DNA of 64,000 bases from Raillietiella orientalis (taxonomy: Eukaryota), in the NCBI GenBank assembly GCA_036172245.1, contig JAYWIR010000006.1:3596001-3660000 (forward strand), read 5' to 3'. The notes beneath the pieces are model-generated. The model was not told where the DNA came from and made no database searches. It saw only the letters and a program-made list of their open reading frames with translations. Numbering within the stretch: the first letter of the stretch is position 1; each line of letters starts with the position of its first letter. Shown here one piece after another: positions 50,461 through 62,311 of the stretch. The translations under genes were made by a program, and so were the position numbers.

Positions 50461-53400
50461 GCTCGGGTGCACGGATGTTCTCAAACAACGCGCTTGTCGG
50501 ACTGGTCCAGGCAGTTTTTCGACTGAGCGGCGATGGACCATCCTAGCGGGGCACTCCGGGCCCGAACCCTCTCGTCCGGCCCCCCCACAGAAGACGGACG
50601 GCAAGTCCACAGCGTGGATTCCTGAAGCCACGGATTTCGCGAAGCGCGCCAATCCCGAGACCCCGAAGGGGAGCAGGAGAAATGCCCCAATCCCCGCCTT
50701 TCGGGACCGGGGAGTGGCGGGGATTTCGTGGCGCACTCTACGAACAGTCGCCAGTGCCACTGCTCAGCCTGCCGCGCGGGCCGTTCCCGCGCGGGTTCCC
50801 CACCTGCCCTCAGAGGTGGCGCCGGCGGCCAGGCGCGTGCGACGACTGCCCGCTCCGAGTCCTCGCCAGCAAAAGCGCACCCGTCTCCAGACCCTCATCC
50901 GAACCTGCGCCCGGGATCGGTCCCGGCCGAATTCCCTGAGCCACCCGAAACAGCGCCCTCCGATCGAGCGAATTTGGGGATTCGCCCGCAGCGCTTGCGC
51001 AACTGCACTTGCTTTTTCATCCACCTGCACGTCCACTCCAGGTGACGCTGATTGTGAAATGGCTGCTCTCTGACGAGAACGAGAACACCATCGTGTGCGT
51101 GGAAATACCTTCCGTAATCACTTCTCAGCAAAAGACTCCACGGCAACTGAGGAGGCTGCGAACAACGTGACCGGGCGAAACCACACAGAGAATAAAACCA
51201 CCTCTTTCCCCTTTCCTCGTTTTACTCAGAGGGGGGGCAGGGTCACTGTCCCTACGGGCCAAGACCTGCTGAAGCCGGTCCGGAGGGACACATGACCGGA
51301 TGAGCTATCAGGGCACCCCGAACCAGGAACAGGTCGAGCTACTGACGGAAAGAGATGCGTCCCCAATCGGCTCAGCAGCGGGCAGCGGGCTGTCCGGAGG
51401 AACGAGAGGTGCCCCTCGCCCTGAAAGCAGCCACAGCACCCTGAAGAACGGCTGCCCCGCGAAACAGTCTGCAGGGAGATTTCCGGCAATGAAAGGGGAA
51501 GCGTTGGCCACCTCACCGACCAGCAGCCGGGGAGAGCACGGAAGAGATTATTGGCAGCTCAGGGACCCCAGACGGAATTCCTTCGTCCCACAAGGACCAA
51601 CCCGCTCAAAGAGAAAACTCGTCTCTTCCTCCTCCCCATTTCTTTTCCTGAGGTCCAGTCGGCATCGTTGCTCACGACCTTGCAAGACGCGGGATCCGGG
51701 AACATCCGGGATAGCAGGCGACCGCGCTAAAGACCACTTTCCTGTCCGGACGTTCGGTGATGGAAGTTGCGAGCGGGACCAGGCATCCCCGGGTCAGGCT
51801 CATCAGTCACCAGGGAGCGCAGCCGGAAAACGAATACTCATCCACCTTTGCGGGAGAACTAACCGTCCACACCCTGCCGTGGTGACACTCCCATTTCGAT
51901 TTCCATTCCAGGAAGAGAGGGAAAGGGTCTTACCCGCTTGGAGCGCATCCCAGCACCACATTCAGGATGCGCACGATCATCTCATCCTCCAAGAGAACAC
52001 CGCGGCGCTGCCATACGGAAAGACATCCACTAACCAGGCGCCGGGGAAGCGTAAAGACGCGTGCAGCCAGCTAAACGCCCAGAAGCGGAGAACGATCGTC
52101 CCACGTGGGCTCCACCACCTCGAGAGGCACACCAACCCTAAGGAACTCTTCGCCTAGCCTCTCGCCTCTCTCGCGCAGTCTGGTCATCCTCTTCAGCGCC
52201 TGGAACACACGGAATACCCCAACCTGCCGGGGCTTGGGAAGGGGAGCAGGTCCTCCACAGGCTGGCAAAGAACGGAAAGGAAGGCGAACCCGTGCGCCGA
52301 GGAACGAATCTCTCCCGGGAAGTCTTCAGGAGCACATGCGGCCCTCTCGCCACGGGCACAGACTCGATCCGGGTCCAGGCTTGCTCAGCTGCCTTCCGTC
52401 GTCATCCTCGGCACGCTTCGTGCAAAGAGGGGCGAGAAGATCTCGTCGGTAGCGCAGGTACAGATGAAATAAAGATGCAACAAACGGAATCGGCCACAGC
52501 AGAGAGGCTCCAAGTAAAGGTGCCAACGCCAGAAAGGACGATTGACTGAGCCATTCGCTAGCAAAAGAGCTGCTCAGCCTTGTGGACTGTCTTGCTGCAA
52601 AGGCGTTCAGCGCGCTGCTTGCTCCAAGAACGCCACCTGGAATGCAGCTTTTCCCGAAACGCTTTCCCAGAGGGAAGAGCGTCCCAGCGCAGGACTCGGG
52701 CACACCGGCCGAGACCCTCGCGCAGGCGTCCCCAGTTTGCCGACAACCGAGGGGGGTGCAAACAGCAACGGAACCTGAGCAGCGCTCTCCAAGGACCTGG
52801 GAAAGCAGCCTTACTCCTGCAAGAACGAGTCCATGACGACAACTGCACTCAAGCGCGGCCAGTCGTTACCATGGACGAACAATCTGCCGGAATTGCAGAA
52901 CCGCCCGGCGGCTGGGAAAGAACAAAACAACAGCACAAATAATGAAATCTTTGTTTCTTTTGGAAGATCTTCCGTGGGGCATCAGGACAGCATCGCGGAG
53001 GTGAGCGAAATCGTCCTGATGGAGACACTGGGATTCCGAGCCGGGATCTCGCGCGCGGTAAATCGGATGGGCGAATTTTTTTCCCAGTGCCGTACAACCG
53101 ACTTCACTGGACGTCCCTTTCAGGAACACGGGAGAGTCGTTCGCTGCCATCCCCGTTCCGTTGCGGACTCCCCCCCGCACGGGAAAACGAGGGAACTCGA
53201 CAAAAAAAAAAAAAAGGGTTCCATCCCGGACGAAAGACTCGCCCCAAAATCTGATGGTAGTGGTGAGGACGAGGAGGGTCCGTGCGTGGTAACCGCGTGC
53301 TTAAAAAAAAGAAAAAAGGAAAATAACATCAAAATAAAATAAATTACGTCCGCTCCAGCTCCGTCCTGCTCGCGGGAGCGCTTTCAGGGACCTCGAATGG

Positions 53401-54323
53401 AGCTGCGCCACTCTCAAGCAGCAGAGAATTCTCTGCTTGTGGCCGATCCGCCTAGTTCGTGCCCCCACACACGTGCATACAGGAGAGGCGTCACTTTCGA
53501 TTTCACACAATCTTTGAGTATTTATTATTATTTTTTAACCACTTTTCAGTAGGCGACCACTGCTCTTGGAAGGCGACCGCTGCCAGAAGGTGAGAAGGCA
53601 TGCCACATGCTGCTGGGTCATCCGCCGTGAAGATCACCACCATTCCGCGCGTTTCGTTCCATCGCTCGCCGGCACCAACGGGGAAGATGACTGCATGTGA
53701 CCTGAAGTCATCCCTCAGCCATCTGCGAGGACAAAAATGAAAGCAGCTGCGTGTATTTTTACACAGATCTGTGTATTTCCTCGGGGGGGAACTGCTGTTT
53801 GCGGAGTCTGAATCCATGGTGACGTGCGCCCAGCGCCAGATTTCCCCATCGAGAACGCAGGGGATGCGTGCGCACACACTGGCTGAACACACTCGTCCCT
53901 TGAAGAAGGCGCTTTCGTGGACCGGCCCACCCCACCCATCCCAAAAAAAGCACTAAAAACGGATGAGGAAGTTGGCTTAGAACATTCACGGAGCCCATCT
54001 CACACGACTCTGCATCTCGAGAAGGTCGGCACGCACCGTGTCATCACTGCCTGCGGGGAAAAGTTACGGAATCGTCCGCAGGCGCCCATCAATTCGCTTT
54101 GAGCCCTATTTCTCCTCCCCACCCGCCCGCCCTCGACTTATTGAGCGCACCCTGCGCAGTTCGAGAAAAGTGACGTCGTAGCCACACTGCCTAGACGGTA
54201 GCCACACGTGGCTACATAGCCGCGTATGGCTACGGTCCAACCACGTGGCAACGAGCGTTGCGGGTTCGAATCCCACCGCAAGAGGACGCTGAGTGACCTA
54301 CGGGCTTCAGGTGCGGCACTGGT

Positions 54324-55226
54324 TGACCCCCGGTCACGCCGGGACGCTTATTTATAAAATAAACATACATGTCTGTGGCAGGACGTTTGATCTTGCCACG
54401 TTACTTATAAATATGAGAAGGAACCTGCCTAAAACTGGCACGCAGGTCAGCGGGGTTCGCCTTGGCAGCACAGGGGAAGGGAAGACAAATAAACAAAAAA
54501 AAAAAATGAAGTGAAAAAATGGAGCGGGGAGGAGGTCGGGAAGGGATGCTGTGTGCTGGAGGGTGTCCTCTGCATCCTTGTAAGGATGCCGGCAAGTTCC
54601 GGTTTTATGGTTCCCAGATGGGGCCAATGGGGCCATCTTGACGCTGTCCACATGAAGAGGACAGCAAAATGGATGGCGTCCCTGTCGTCCTGGCCTCCTC
54701 TGGCGTTGCTCCATGCAACCACGGTCCCGTCGCGTGGACAGAGCAGCTATGCTGGGGATGAGGCTAGCGTGAGGATGTCGCGCAGGAAAAGGCGCTTTAA
54801 GACATCTCTGGCGTCGCCGCCGGGAGTTCTAAGGGTCGCAGTAAAGAGTCCCCAGAGGGGTCGGAGGGCAACACAGTCCACTAGGAGATGCGGGAGGGAT
54901 TCCTGCTCCACACACCTGGCACAATTTGGATCCACACACACACCGTGTCCACAGATGCCAACGGGGCTGTACGAGAGGCTCCAGTGCAGCAGCATCAACG
55001 CCGACTCCTACCACTTTAAGGGGAGTGCGGGGTGTTCATGAGCACCGGGGGCCACTGCAGATCTTCCTTCGGAATACCCATTAACACACCCCAGGTCAAA
55101 AGTCCACGAGGTCGAGCAATCGGGGTCGCAGCATCGGTGAGCTGGCCAACTAGCCCAGGCACTCTTCACGGGATCTTCCAGGATCTCCTGACGCGCGCAG
55201 GAAACGTCGCACCTGTTCCGTGCTCG
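54324..55226 (-). mobile_element. 5'-truncated LINE, subfamily 1 (copy I)
   Basis: CARCVEQESLPHLLVDC is present. A perfect 14-bp TSD GGTGCGGCACTGGT lies at 54310-54323 and 55227-55240. Confidence 0.92.
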
Positions 55227-55664
55227 GGTGCGGCACTGGTACAATTCGGAAACAGGATGACCCCGTTTACTGGTCTCCAGGATTGGAAGTTGAACGTCCG
55301 GGGTCCTTCCAGTACTGCTCAAGGAGCCCTTCAGGGTTCCCCTCAGGTTGTGAAAAGGGAGCTGACCTTCCCATCGTGGGGACTCCCATCGCGCACCATG
55401 GAGGGGTGTCACCCCTCTCGAGGGGAGTTGTCTCTCCAGAGTGCCAGAAGCGCTCTGCTCCCTTCCGGGTTCTCTTCAGAGGAGCAGCAACAAGGAACAG
55501 TTCTCTTGCGGGCTCCTCCAGAGGAGAAATTCGGATCCTTTCCGGGTTCCCTTCGAAGAAGAAACGAAGAATGAGTCGACCCCTTTGGGGAGAACAGGGA
55601 AGAGGACGTTCCCCTCGGGGTTCCCTCCCAAGCGTGAGAGGAACGGACCCCTTCCTGAGGAGGG

Positions 55665-56545
55665 CACTTGGCAACAGCCAAAGTCCACGGTGGCCTGCGA
55701 GATCGCTAACAGGCAGAAGTGGACGAGTGGATTAACTGTGGGGCACCTGGAGGATGCTGCGACTCCGAGTGCCCCTCCACGAGGATTACAGCGCTGAGGT
55801 ACGGGATGCTCAGCATTCCATCCGAAGACCCGGAGTGGCCTCAGCGCTCAAGAGCAGCAGCGCCCTCCCCCTGAAGTGGCAGGAGTCGGCACTACTGTTG
55901 GGGTCTTCCCTGCAACTCCCGCCGACACCACCGGACGCTGGAGAGGGCAAGCCTGGACTGCTGCAGGTGCGGGAAACCGAATCTCCCCTCCCGCACCTGC
56001 TAGCGGACTGAGTTGTCCTCCGGTCGTGGTGGGAACGCTTTGCCGCGACGCTAGGAACCCCCAGCGGCAACCCCAGGGACGTTCTGCGATTCCTCTTTGT
56101 GCAGGATGCCCTGCAGCCAGCCGCTCTCTGCCGCATCCGCAGGATCGTGTCGGCCTGGAGAGAAGCCGACAGAGGAAGAAACGGGAGGGACGCCGTCCGG
56201 TTCGCAGTTCTCTTTCTGCGGATAGCGGCGGCCAGATGGCCCCACCTGGGACCTACTCGGACGGACCTAGTCGGTGTCCTGGAAAGAGTACAGACTCCTT
56301 CCAGAAGGCTGTGATCCCTTCCCTACCCTCCCAAAGATTTTCATTTATTTTTATTTACTCTTCCTTTTTTATTTTTCTCTTTGATTTCTCCCGTTCCCCT
56401 CCGCTGCCGAGGTGACCCCCGCCGGTATGAGCAACGGCGACCAGGCACGTCCGTGGGCAAACGGAGTGTGGTAGGACCACGTGTCCTACCACAATTTACG
56501 AGTTTATTTAAAAATTTTAAGTAACATCCTGGCGTGTCCGGGTGG
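55665..56545 (+). mobile_element. 5'-truncated LINE, subfamily 1 (copy J)
   Basis: LPLKWQESALLL and FAVLFLRIAAARWPHLG are present, with terminal CCTGGCGTGTCCGGGTG. Confidence 0.88.
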
Positions 56546-58114
56546 GAATTGGGGACAACCAGGACGGGGTTCCTCTGATAAGTGGGAGAGGAACGGATTC
56601 CTTCCTCCGGATCGCTTCCCGGATTCATAGGGCGGTGCCTATAAATTGAAGAGTTAACACGCACTCTCGGGTGGCGTGGACGGCGTTAAAGAGCATGGTG
56701 ACGCCCCTCCCCCTTGAGGAGGCGAGTACTCTGCGAACAGCAGAAAAAAATTCTTTTTCGGGATTAATCCTAGAACTGAAAGCGTATTCCAGAACGCATC
56801 CGATAAATTGAAAAGAATAGATAGATTTAGAAAATTCAGACGAGGTTCGCAAGCCCGAATCCGCACACCATCCTACGACAACAGGGCAGGAGGGGGGAAA
56901 TGATGGGAACGTCCCGATATGGCTACAGGATACTCCAGTCGGGAGGGAGGGGGAAAGGAGATTCGTTTGAAAGTGAAAACTACGCCACCTTTCTTTTCTT
57001 TAAAAAAAAAAAAAAAGTGACGAGAGTTGCCGACTCTCCCGGAAGAGCAGCTGCTGCTCGAGGCCGAAGGACTCGCGGACCTCGTCCAAATGAAGGGAAA
57101 AGGTCGAAACCTTCGACCTTCCCGCTTCATACAGAAAGACTTGCGCGAACGTGCCTTCCCGCAAGGAACGCGTCCCGGAACAGAGGAAAACAGGAACTGC
57201 GAAAACGGCCGGCGATTCGCACTGCGGGAACGCGCGCACGCGCGTGGGGGAGGGGTAAGGGAAAGAGAGGACATGTTCAGCCCTCACACTCCCTCCCTCC
57301 GTCTGACGCGCTGCCCGTCGAGAAACAGCGAGCGCGAAGGCATTCGGGAGCGAAAGGCAAAGAGGAGCGGCGAGAGCGCCGCCCTCCGGCAGGCGAGCGA
57401 ACTGCAGGATCCCACACGCCAACGCCTTGCGATTTCCCAGAGGCGCGCGTCCCGAGGGACGATCGGCTCCCCGAGACGTTCCAGCACCCCCCACGGCCAA
57501 AGTCAAGCAAGTCCAGCCCGAGTCTGGCAGGAGGAGGTCTCCTCCTCCCGACATGCGGTGCCTCGGTGGTGCACGCACGGAAGAAACGCTGCTGGCGTTC
57601 CCCGTTTTTCTTCCAGGCGGCGACGAAGGAGATCCCCCCCCCCAAGATGCAAGTGCGACCTCCAGAAGGCGACCGCCACTCGAAGTTTCGAGGGAGCGGG
57701 CGAGAGAGCCGCCGCCGCACTCGCAGCCGGAAGTCCCACACGAAGGACTGCAACGAGCCTCTGACGCAACATCCTCAACCAGACCGAAATTCCCTTACCG
57801 GAAGCTCCCACAGGCGGAAACGTGGAATGCCAGGGCGGTATCGATGCGAGGCGGCGGCAGCCACAACAGCAGCGAATGATAGCGATTATAATGAGCAAGG
57901 GCAGATACGGCCTGGGCGTGTATTTCGAATCGTGACGTCACTGCCAAGCACCAGTCGCTGGCAGCGCGCGCGCCACCTCCGCCAGGTAGCCCCGGCGACC
58001 CACGGACGACCATCCAGAAGCGGCGTCCCTCAGGCGAGAGCGGGGTCAGCACAATCCAGCACAGTCGGCTTCGGAGCTGGAGTGTACACGGTGCACGTAG
58101 TACAATGACAAGTA

Positions 58115-58192
58115 CTCCTCCTCCTCCCAGCCACTGTGACACACGTCATACAATGACAAGCGTGTCGCAGTGGCTGGGGGGAGGAGGAGGAG
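58115..58192. other. Long hairpin just 3' of the kinase stop codon
   Basis: CTCCTCCTCCTCCCAGCCACTGTGACAC pairs with GTGTCGCAGTGGCTGGGGGGAGGAGGAGGAG. Confidence 0.8.
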
Positions 58193-58207
58193 GAACACGG
58201 CGAGGGT

Positions 58208-59738
58208 TCACGTGGGCAGCGAATCGTCTCCCACGTCAGACTCCACCAGTGGACGTGAATCGAGCATATCTTGAAAAAGAAAGCACATGAACACGCGCCG
58301 ATGGGGAAAGAGGGGAGCGAGGGAAGGAATGATGAGTTCTGCTTTTTTTTTTTTTCTTTTTCTTTCCTTATGGGACATCGCCTTACCGGATGCTAGCTGG
58401 AAGGGATTTTTTTGCAGACGAATCTCCGGGCAAGTGAAGATGGACGCCCAGTCCGGCAGCTGCCTCACTCTCGCTCCAAGGTCGCGGAAGTAAGGGTGGA
58501 GCATTGCGCCTGCGGCGTCGATCCGGCCGGTCGCGTCGTAGCACGTAAACCGGCGGAACAGGTCCAACCCGCTGGGGTCCAGGCGGAAGCGATTGTTCGC
58601 CAGCTGCTTGGCGCAGCACGAGGGCGAGTCGAAGGGAGAGAACTCCGGAGCGGGACCGGCAGGGCTCCTCCAGCTTTCGTCGGCGGGAGCGCCGAAGAAA
58701 CGGAAGATCAGCTCCAGCTGGTGGCTGACGCTGTTGCCGGGAAACAGGGGCTCCCCGCACAGCATCTCGTAGAAGATGCAGCCCACGCCCCTTCGAAGGA
58801 AGACCTCGTCCACGGGCGGGGCTACGCCCCAAAGCGGCCTACCACATGTCGATGGAGGTGGAATACTCGGTCGAGCCCAGCAGCACGTCCGGGGGGCGGT
58901 ACCAGAGAGTCACCACCTCGTGGGAGTAGGTCTTCGTGGGGACGGACTTGGCGCGGGCCAGCCCGAAGTCCGCCAGCTTCAGCTCCCCGTGGTCGTTGAT
59001 GAGCAGGTTCTGAGGCTTCAGATCCCTGTGCAGTATCCGCCTGTCGTGGCAGTACGCCAGGCCGCGCAGCAGCTGGAACAGGAAGATCTGGCGCGCGGAA
59101 GAGGTCGGTGAGAAAGCGCTGCCCCCTTCCCCCCCCCCCCCGAGGCGCACCTTCACGTTGTGCACGCTTATGATGTTCGAGCATTCCTCGAGGTACTGCT
59201 TCAAGTCCCTCTGGAGGTACTCGAACACCAGGACCAAGGACTTCTTGGAATGCACGATGTCGTGGAGGGTCACTGAGACGCCCGGGGTCCGCCAGGACCA
59301 AGCTGGAGAACGGGGAAGGGGAGCCAAGCCCCCCTGGTTGCTCACCTATGTTCGCGTGCTTCAGCTCGCGCAGCAGCGACACCTCGCGGATGGCGGTGCA
59401 CGGCGCTCCCTCGTCGTGTTCCAGGCGGATTTCCTTCAGCGCCACCAGCTTGTCGGTGAGCCGCGACCGCCCTTTGAACACCGTGGCGTAGCTACCCTGT
59501 GGGTCGACGCTGGCTAGAGAGGGGCAGGGGCACGAAGGGAGCGATCAGTCATTACATATCCGATCTTGCTCAGCTTGGTGTAGGTCTCCAAGCGACCGAA
59601 GCCGATCTCCGACAAGGACTGCCGCCTCTTGGCCCGCGAGAGGGGCTCAAACAACGTGGAGCTGAGTGACTGCTTTTCGAGGAAAGACTCTGGTAATTTG
59701 AGATCAGCAGGAAGAGACAAACGCTTATTAATGTCTTG
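58208..59738 (-). CDS. CDK17: PCTAIRE-family cyclin-dependent kinase (CDK16/17/18-like), six 3' exons: 59738-59556, 59496-59346, 59272-59151, 59087-58843, 58790-58387, 58269-58208
   Basis: The spliced translation gives [100 protein letters not shown] and [12 protein letters not shown]. All five introns (59, 73, 63, 52 and 117 nt) are GT-AG with consistent phases. The last small exon is less certain. The paralog symbol (16, 17 or 18) cannot be resolved. Confidence 0.95.
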
Positions 59739-59828
59739 CTACAAGAAAGCAAAGACAAAACAGTTGCATTGCGTGTGCAAAATCGACTGGCAAAACACAC
59801 CATCAACTGTCATCAACTGACATGCGCA

Positions 59829-59883
59829 CATACTGGTACTTGTGCGACGACGATGTCGTCGTCGCACAAGTACCACCAGTATG
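59829..59883. repeat. Intronic palindrome with perfect 20-bp arms
   Basis: TGGTACTTGTGCGACGACGA-TG-TCGTCGTCGCACAAGTACCA, extendable with a 3-nt bulge. Confidence 0.9.
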
Positions 59884-60266
59884 AGGAACAGATAAGAGTG
59901 CAGGATCCAGGAGGAAGAAAAAGAAAAAAAAAGGAAGAGGAAGAACTGACGAAACAGCAAGAAAAAGCAAAGACTCTGTAAGCGTTTTGTTTGTTGTGAC
60001 TGTTGTTTGCGTGCGACGAGCTCTTCTTCCCACGCAGCTGATCTATGATCCACTAATAAAGCACGACTCTCGCGTCGTTCGCACTTTGGATTCTGCTCAT
60101 CGACCACTTGGCAGTTGATCTGATGCGGCCTTGAGAGTTTGCTCTCCAAAAGACGATCGCTCGGTTTGGGAGGCACCGGCCACTCGAAAAAAATGCAAAA
60201 CCGCTGCGACCACGAAACGCCACTCGCCACAGTCTCCACGAGCACCGAAAACTCGCGTGGATTCTC

Positions 60267-60301
60267 CGGCAGTCGCAAGCCCCTTCGGCTTGCGACTGCC
60301 G
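60267..60301. repeat. Intronic perfect 15-bp inverted repeat
   Basis: CGGCAGTCGCAAGCC-CCTTC-GGCTTGCGACTGCCG. Confidence 0.9.
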
Positions 60302-62311
60302 CTGCATCCGTTCCCAGTCTCCCTCCCTGGACGGCGAAGCTCTCTCCCGTTCCTGGATCCGAAGTCCCTACGGACGGTGTGCGACAATCCTCGACACTTC
60401 CCTACACGTGCACGAAGGGAAAAGCGAGCCTGACGGGAGAGCTTTCGGCGCGTTCCAGCACTGCTGACCCGACCGCCACCTCAGCGACTCCAACCCTCTC
60501 TTCGCTTCACCGCGCACGCACGTCACTGCCAGCTGATGCAGATCGGAGAGGTGGATCCAATGACTTTTCCAAAGAGATGCCCAGAAAAACCGCAAACGAG
60601 GACAAGGGTTCCAGAATCGGATCCCGACCGGCTTGGGAGAGCCGCAGAATGAACCGTTCTTCTGATGAGAATCAGATGCTTTCTTCTCCGCCTCAGATCA
60701 AGCGATGGTGGTACTCGATTCCTGAAGAACACACGTTCCTTGGGGATCCTCATCGCGCTGCTGTGCAGCGAGAATAGCAAACAACCTCAGCTGAAATTCA
60801 CGAAAGCCATGAGACGATGGTCTTCCACACCGCGATCGTGAACGGCCCAAGAACCGTTCTCCAAGGTCGCACAGCACGATGTCTGGACGCAAAAGGCCTT
60901 TTCTGTCACCTTGGATACCAGAGTAGCCTCAGCGCGTGTTCATGAGCAAGCCACGTTTCGCTTGGACACCTGACGTGTCCAAAACACACCACCTTTCCTG
61001 TAAAGTAATCTGTGCGGCTGAAGTGAAGGCCTCGTCCGTTTTGACGGATGCTGCTCTGCACCAACCTCTTTGTCTGGTTGGTCGACCTGTACCTGGCCGA
61101 ACGCTCTCCGTTATTCAAGGTGCGGACCAGGGTTCGTGGTCTTTAAAGGAGAAAATTTTTCTCAACGCCGCCACGGAACGTTTCGCGTTCCTGGCAAGGA
61201 GCAATTGCAAGGGAGCAAGTGACGCCTCAATACCTGTACAGATATTCGTACTTTCAACAGCACCGCAGGAGTCCGTGAATATTGCAGGCAATGAGACGAA
61301 TAAAGCTGAGGAAAATCGCTTTCCTATCCCAAGTGTCAACGGACCGGGTAAAAACGAGAAAAAAAAAAAAAAAAATCATGAGCTATGAGAAATAGTCATT
61401 GCAATGGCTGCCACAGCGCAAGCGCGGACGAAATTAACGATTCGGCACAGAACGCCTCTGGAAATGCAATCCTCATAAACAGACCTCACAAACATACTTC
61501 TGAGCCGCTGCATTTTCCAGATATGGACCATCTCTCCTCAACCCTCACAACACGAAGGTCGCCGTTCGCTATCGCCAGATCGGATGCAAAGATCGAACGC
61601 ACTCAAAATTAAATTTAACAGAATCAAAATGATTTAAAAAATAACACACACACAATTACGTTAAGAATCATTAAAAAAAAAAAAAAAAGATCAAACAACC
61701 TGAGGTTCAGCTGTATAAAAACCCTGCAACGCACAAAGCCTGCTGGACAGCTGAACCCCATGATAAAACTCCACGGAAAGAAAGACAAATCAAGTGAAAC
61801 GCACGAATGCTTGAATGCAGGATCAGGGCAGTGTACAAGCAGTGTACACGTTGACTCCAAAACTATGCCTGGATGCGAGGAAACGCGAAAAGAACGAGAC
61901 GGATGCTGAAAGGTCGACTGCGATAAGAGAAATGGAAACCAACTGTACAGTTCGTTCAGAGCATACAATGAGACTGTGCTGCGGAAATGACTTCAGCTCT
62001 ACACACTTTATGGAAAACCATATCTTCAAAGATCCCATGGCAAGATTTTGTGTCTTTTCCGTGCTTCCTTCCTTTCTTTCTTTTTTGTTTGGTTTGGTTT
62101 GGTTTTGTTTTGTTTTTTGTGTTGTGTGTGTGTTTTTTTGCTCATGAAACTTGGCAACACTGTTTTTGGTTTCTCCTGAGAAACCTACTTCACTGTACTC
62201 AAGAGAGAGAAAATTAAAAACAAATGAAACTGACAGTGCACAGAAACACACACTTCATTTGAACAGGTAATCATAATAGGATAGTAAATATGTGCTTAAT
62301 AAGGTACCCAC

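Larger units (their letters stand above)
54220..56640 (+). mobile_element. tRNA-derived SINE split into three pieces (54220-54323, 55227-55660, 56546-56640) by two LINE insertions
   Basis: An A-box-like TAGCCGCGTATGG and a B-box GGTTCGAATCC are present. The pieces are colinear with 43795-44440. Confidence 0.8.

Noticed and set aside
51300..52300. 285-aa ORF or possible RT relic
   Set aside because: It has only faint RPLS and LSPL echoes, which is not enough to call.
54220..54275. tRNA gene
   Set aside because: A and B boxes are present, but I could not form an acceptor stem or cloverleaf, and the sequence continues into the SINE body.
56900..58108. 402-aa ORF on the + strand
   Set aside because: It is Arg/Pro/Ser-rich with no recognisable domain and crosses a poly(A) run. 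Other frames are also open, as expected for very GC-rich DNA.
59739..60777. ORFs inside the large kinase intron as extra exons
   Set aside because: The 62312 exon already joins 59738 in phase with family-like sequence, and these ORFs show no PCTAIRE similarity. Alternative first exons cannot be excluded.
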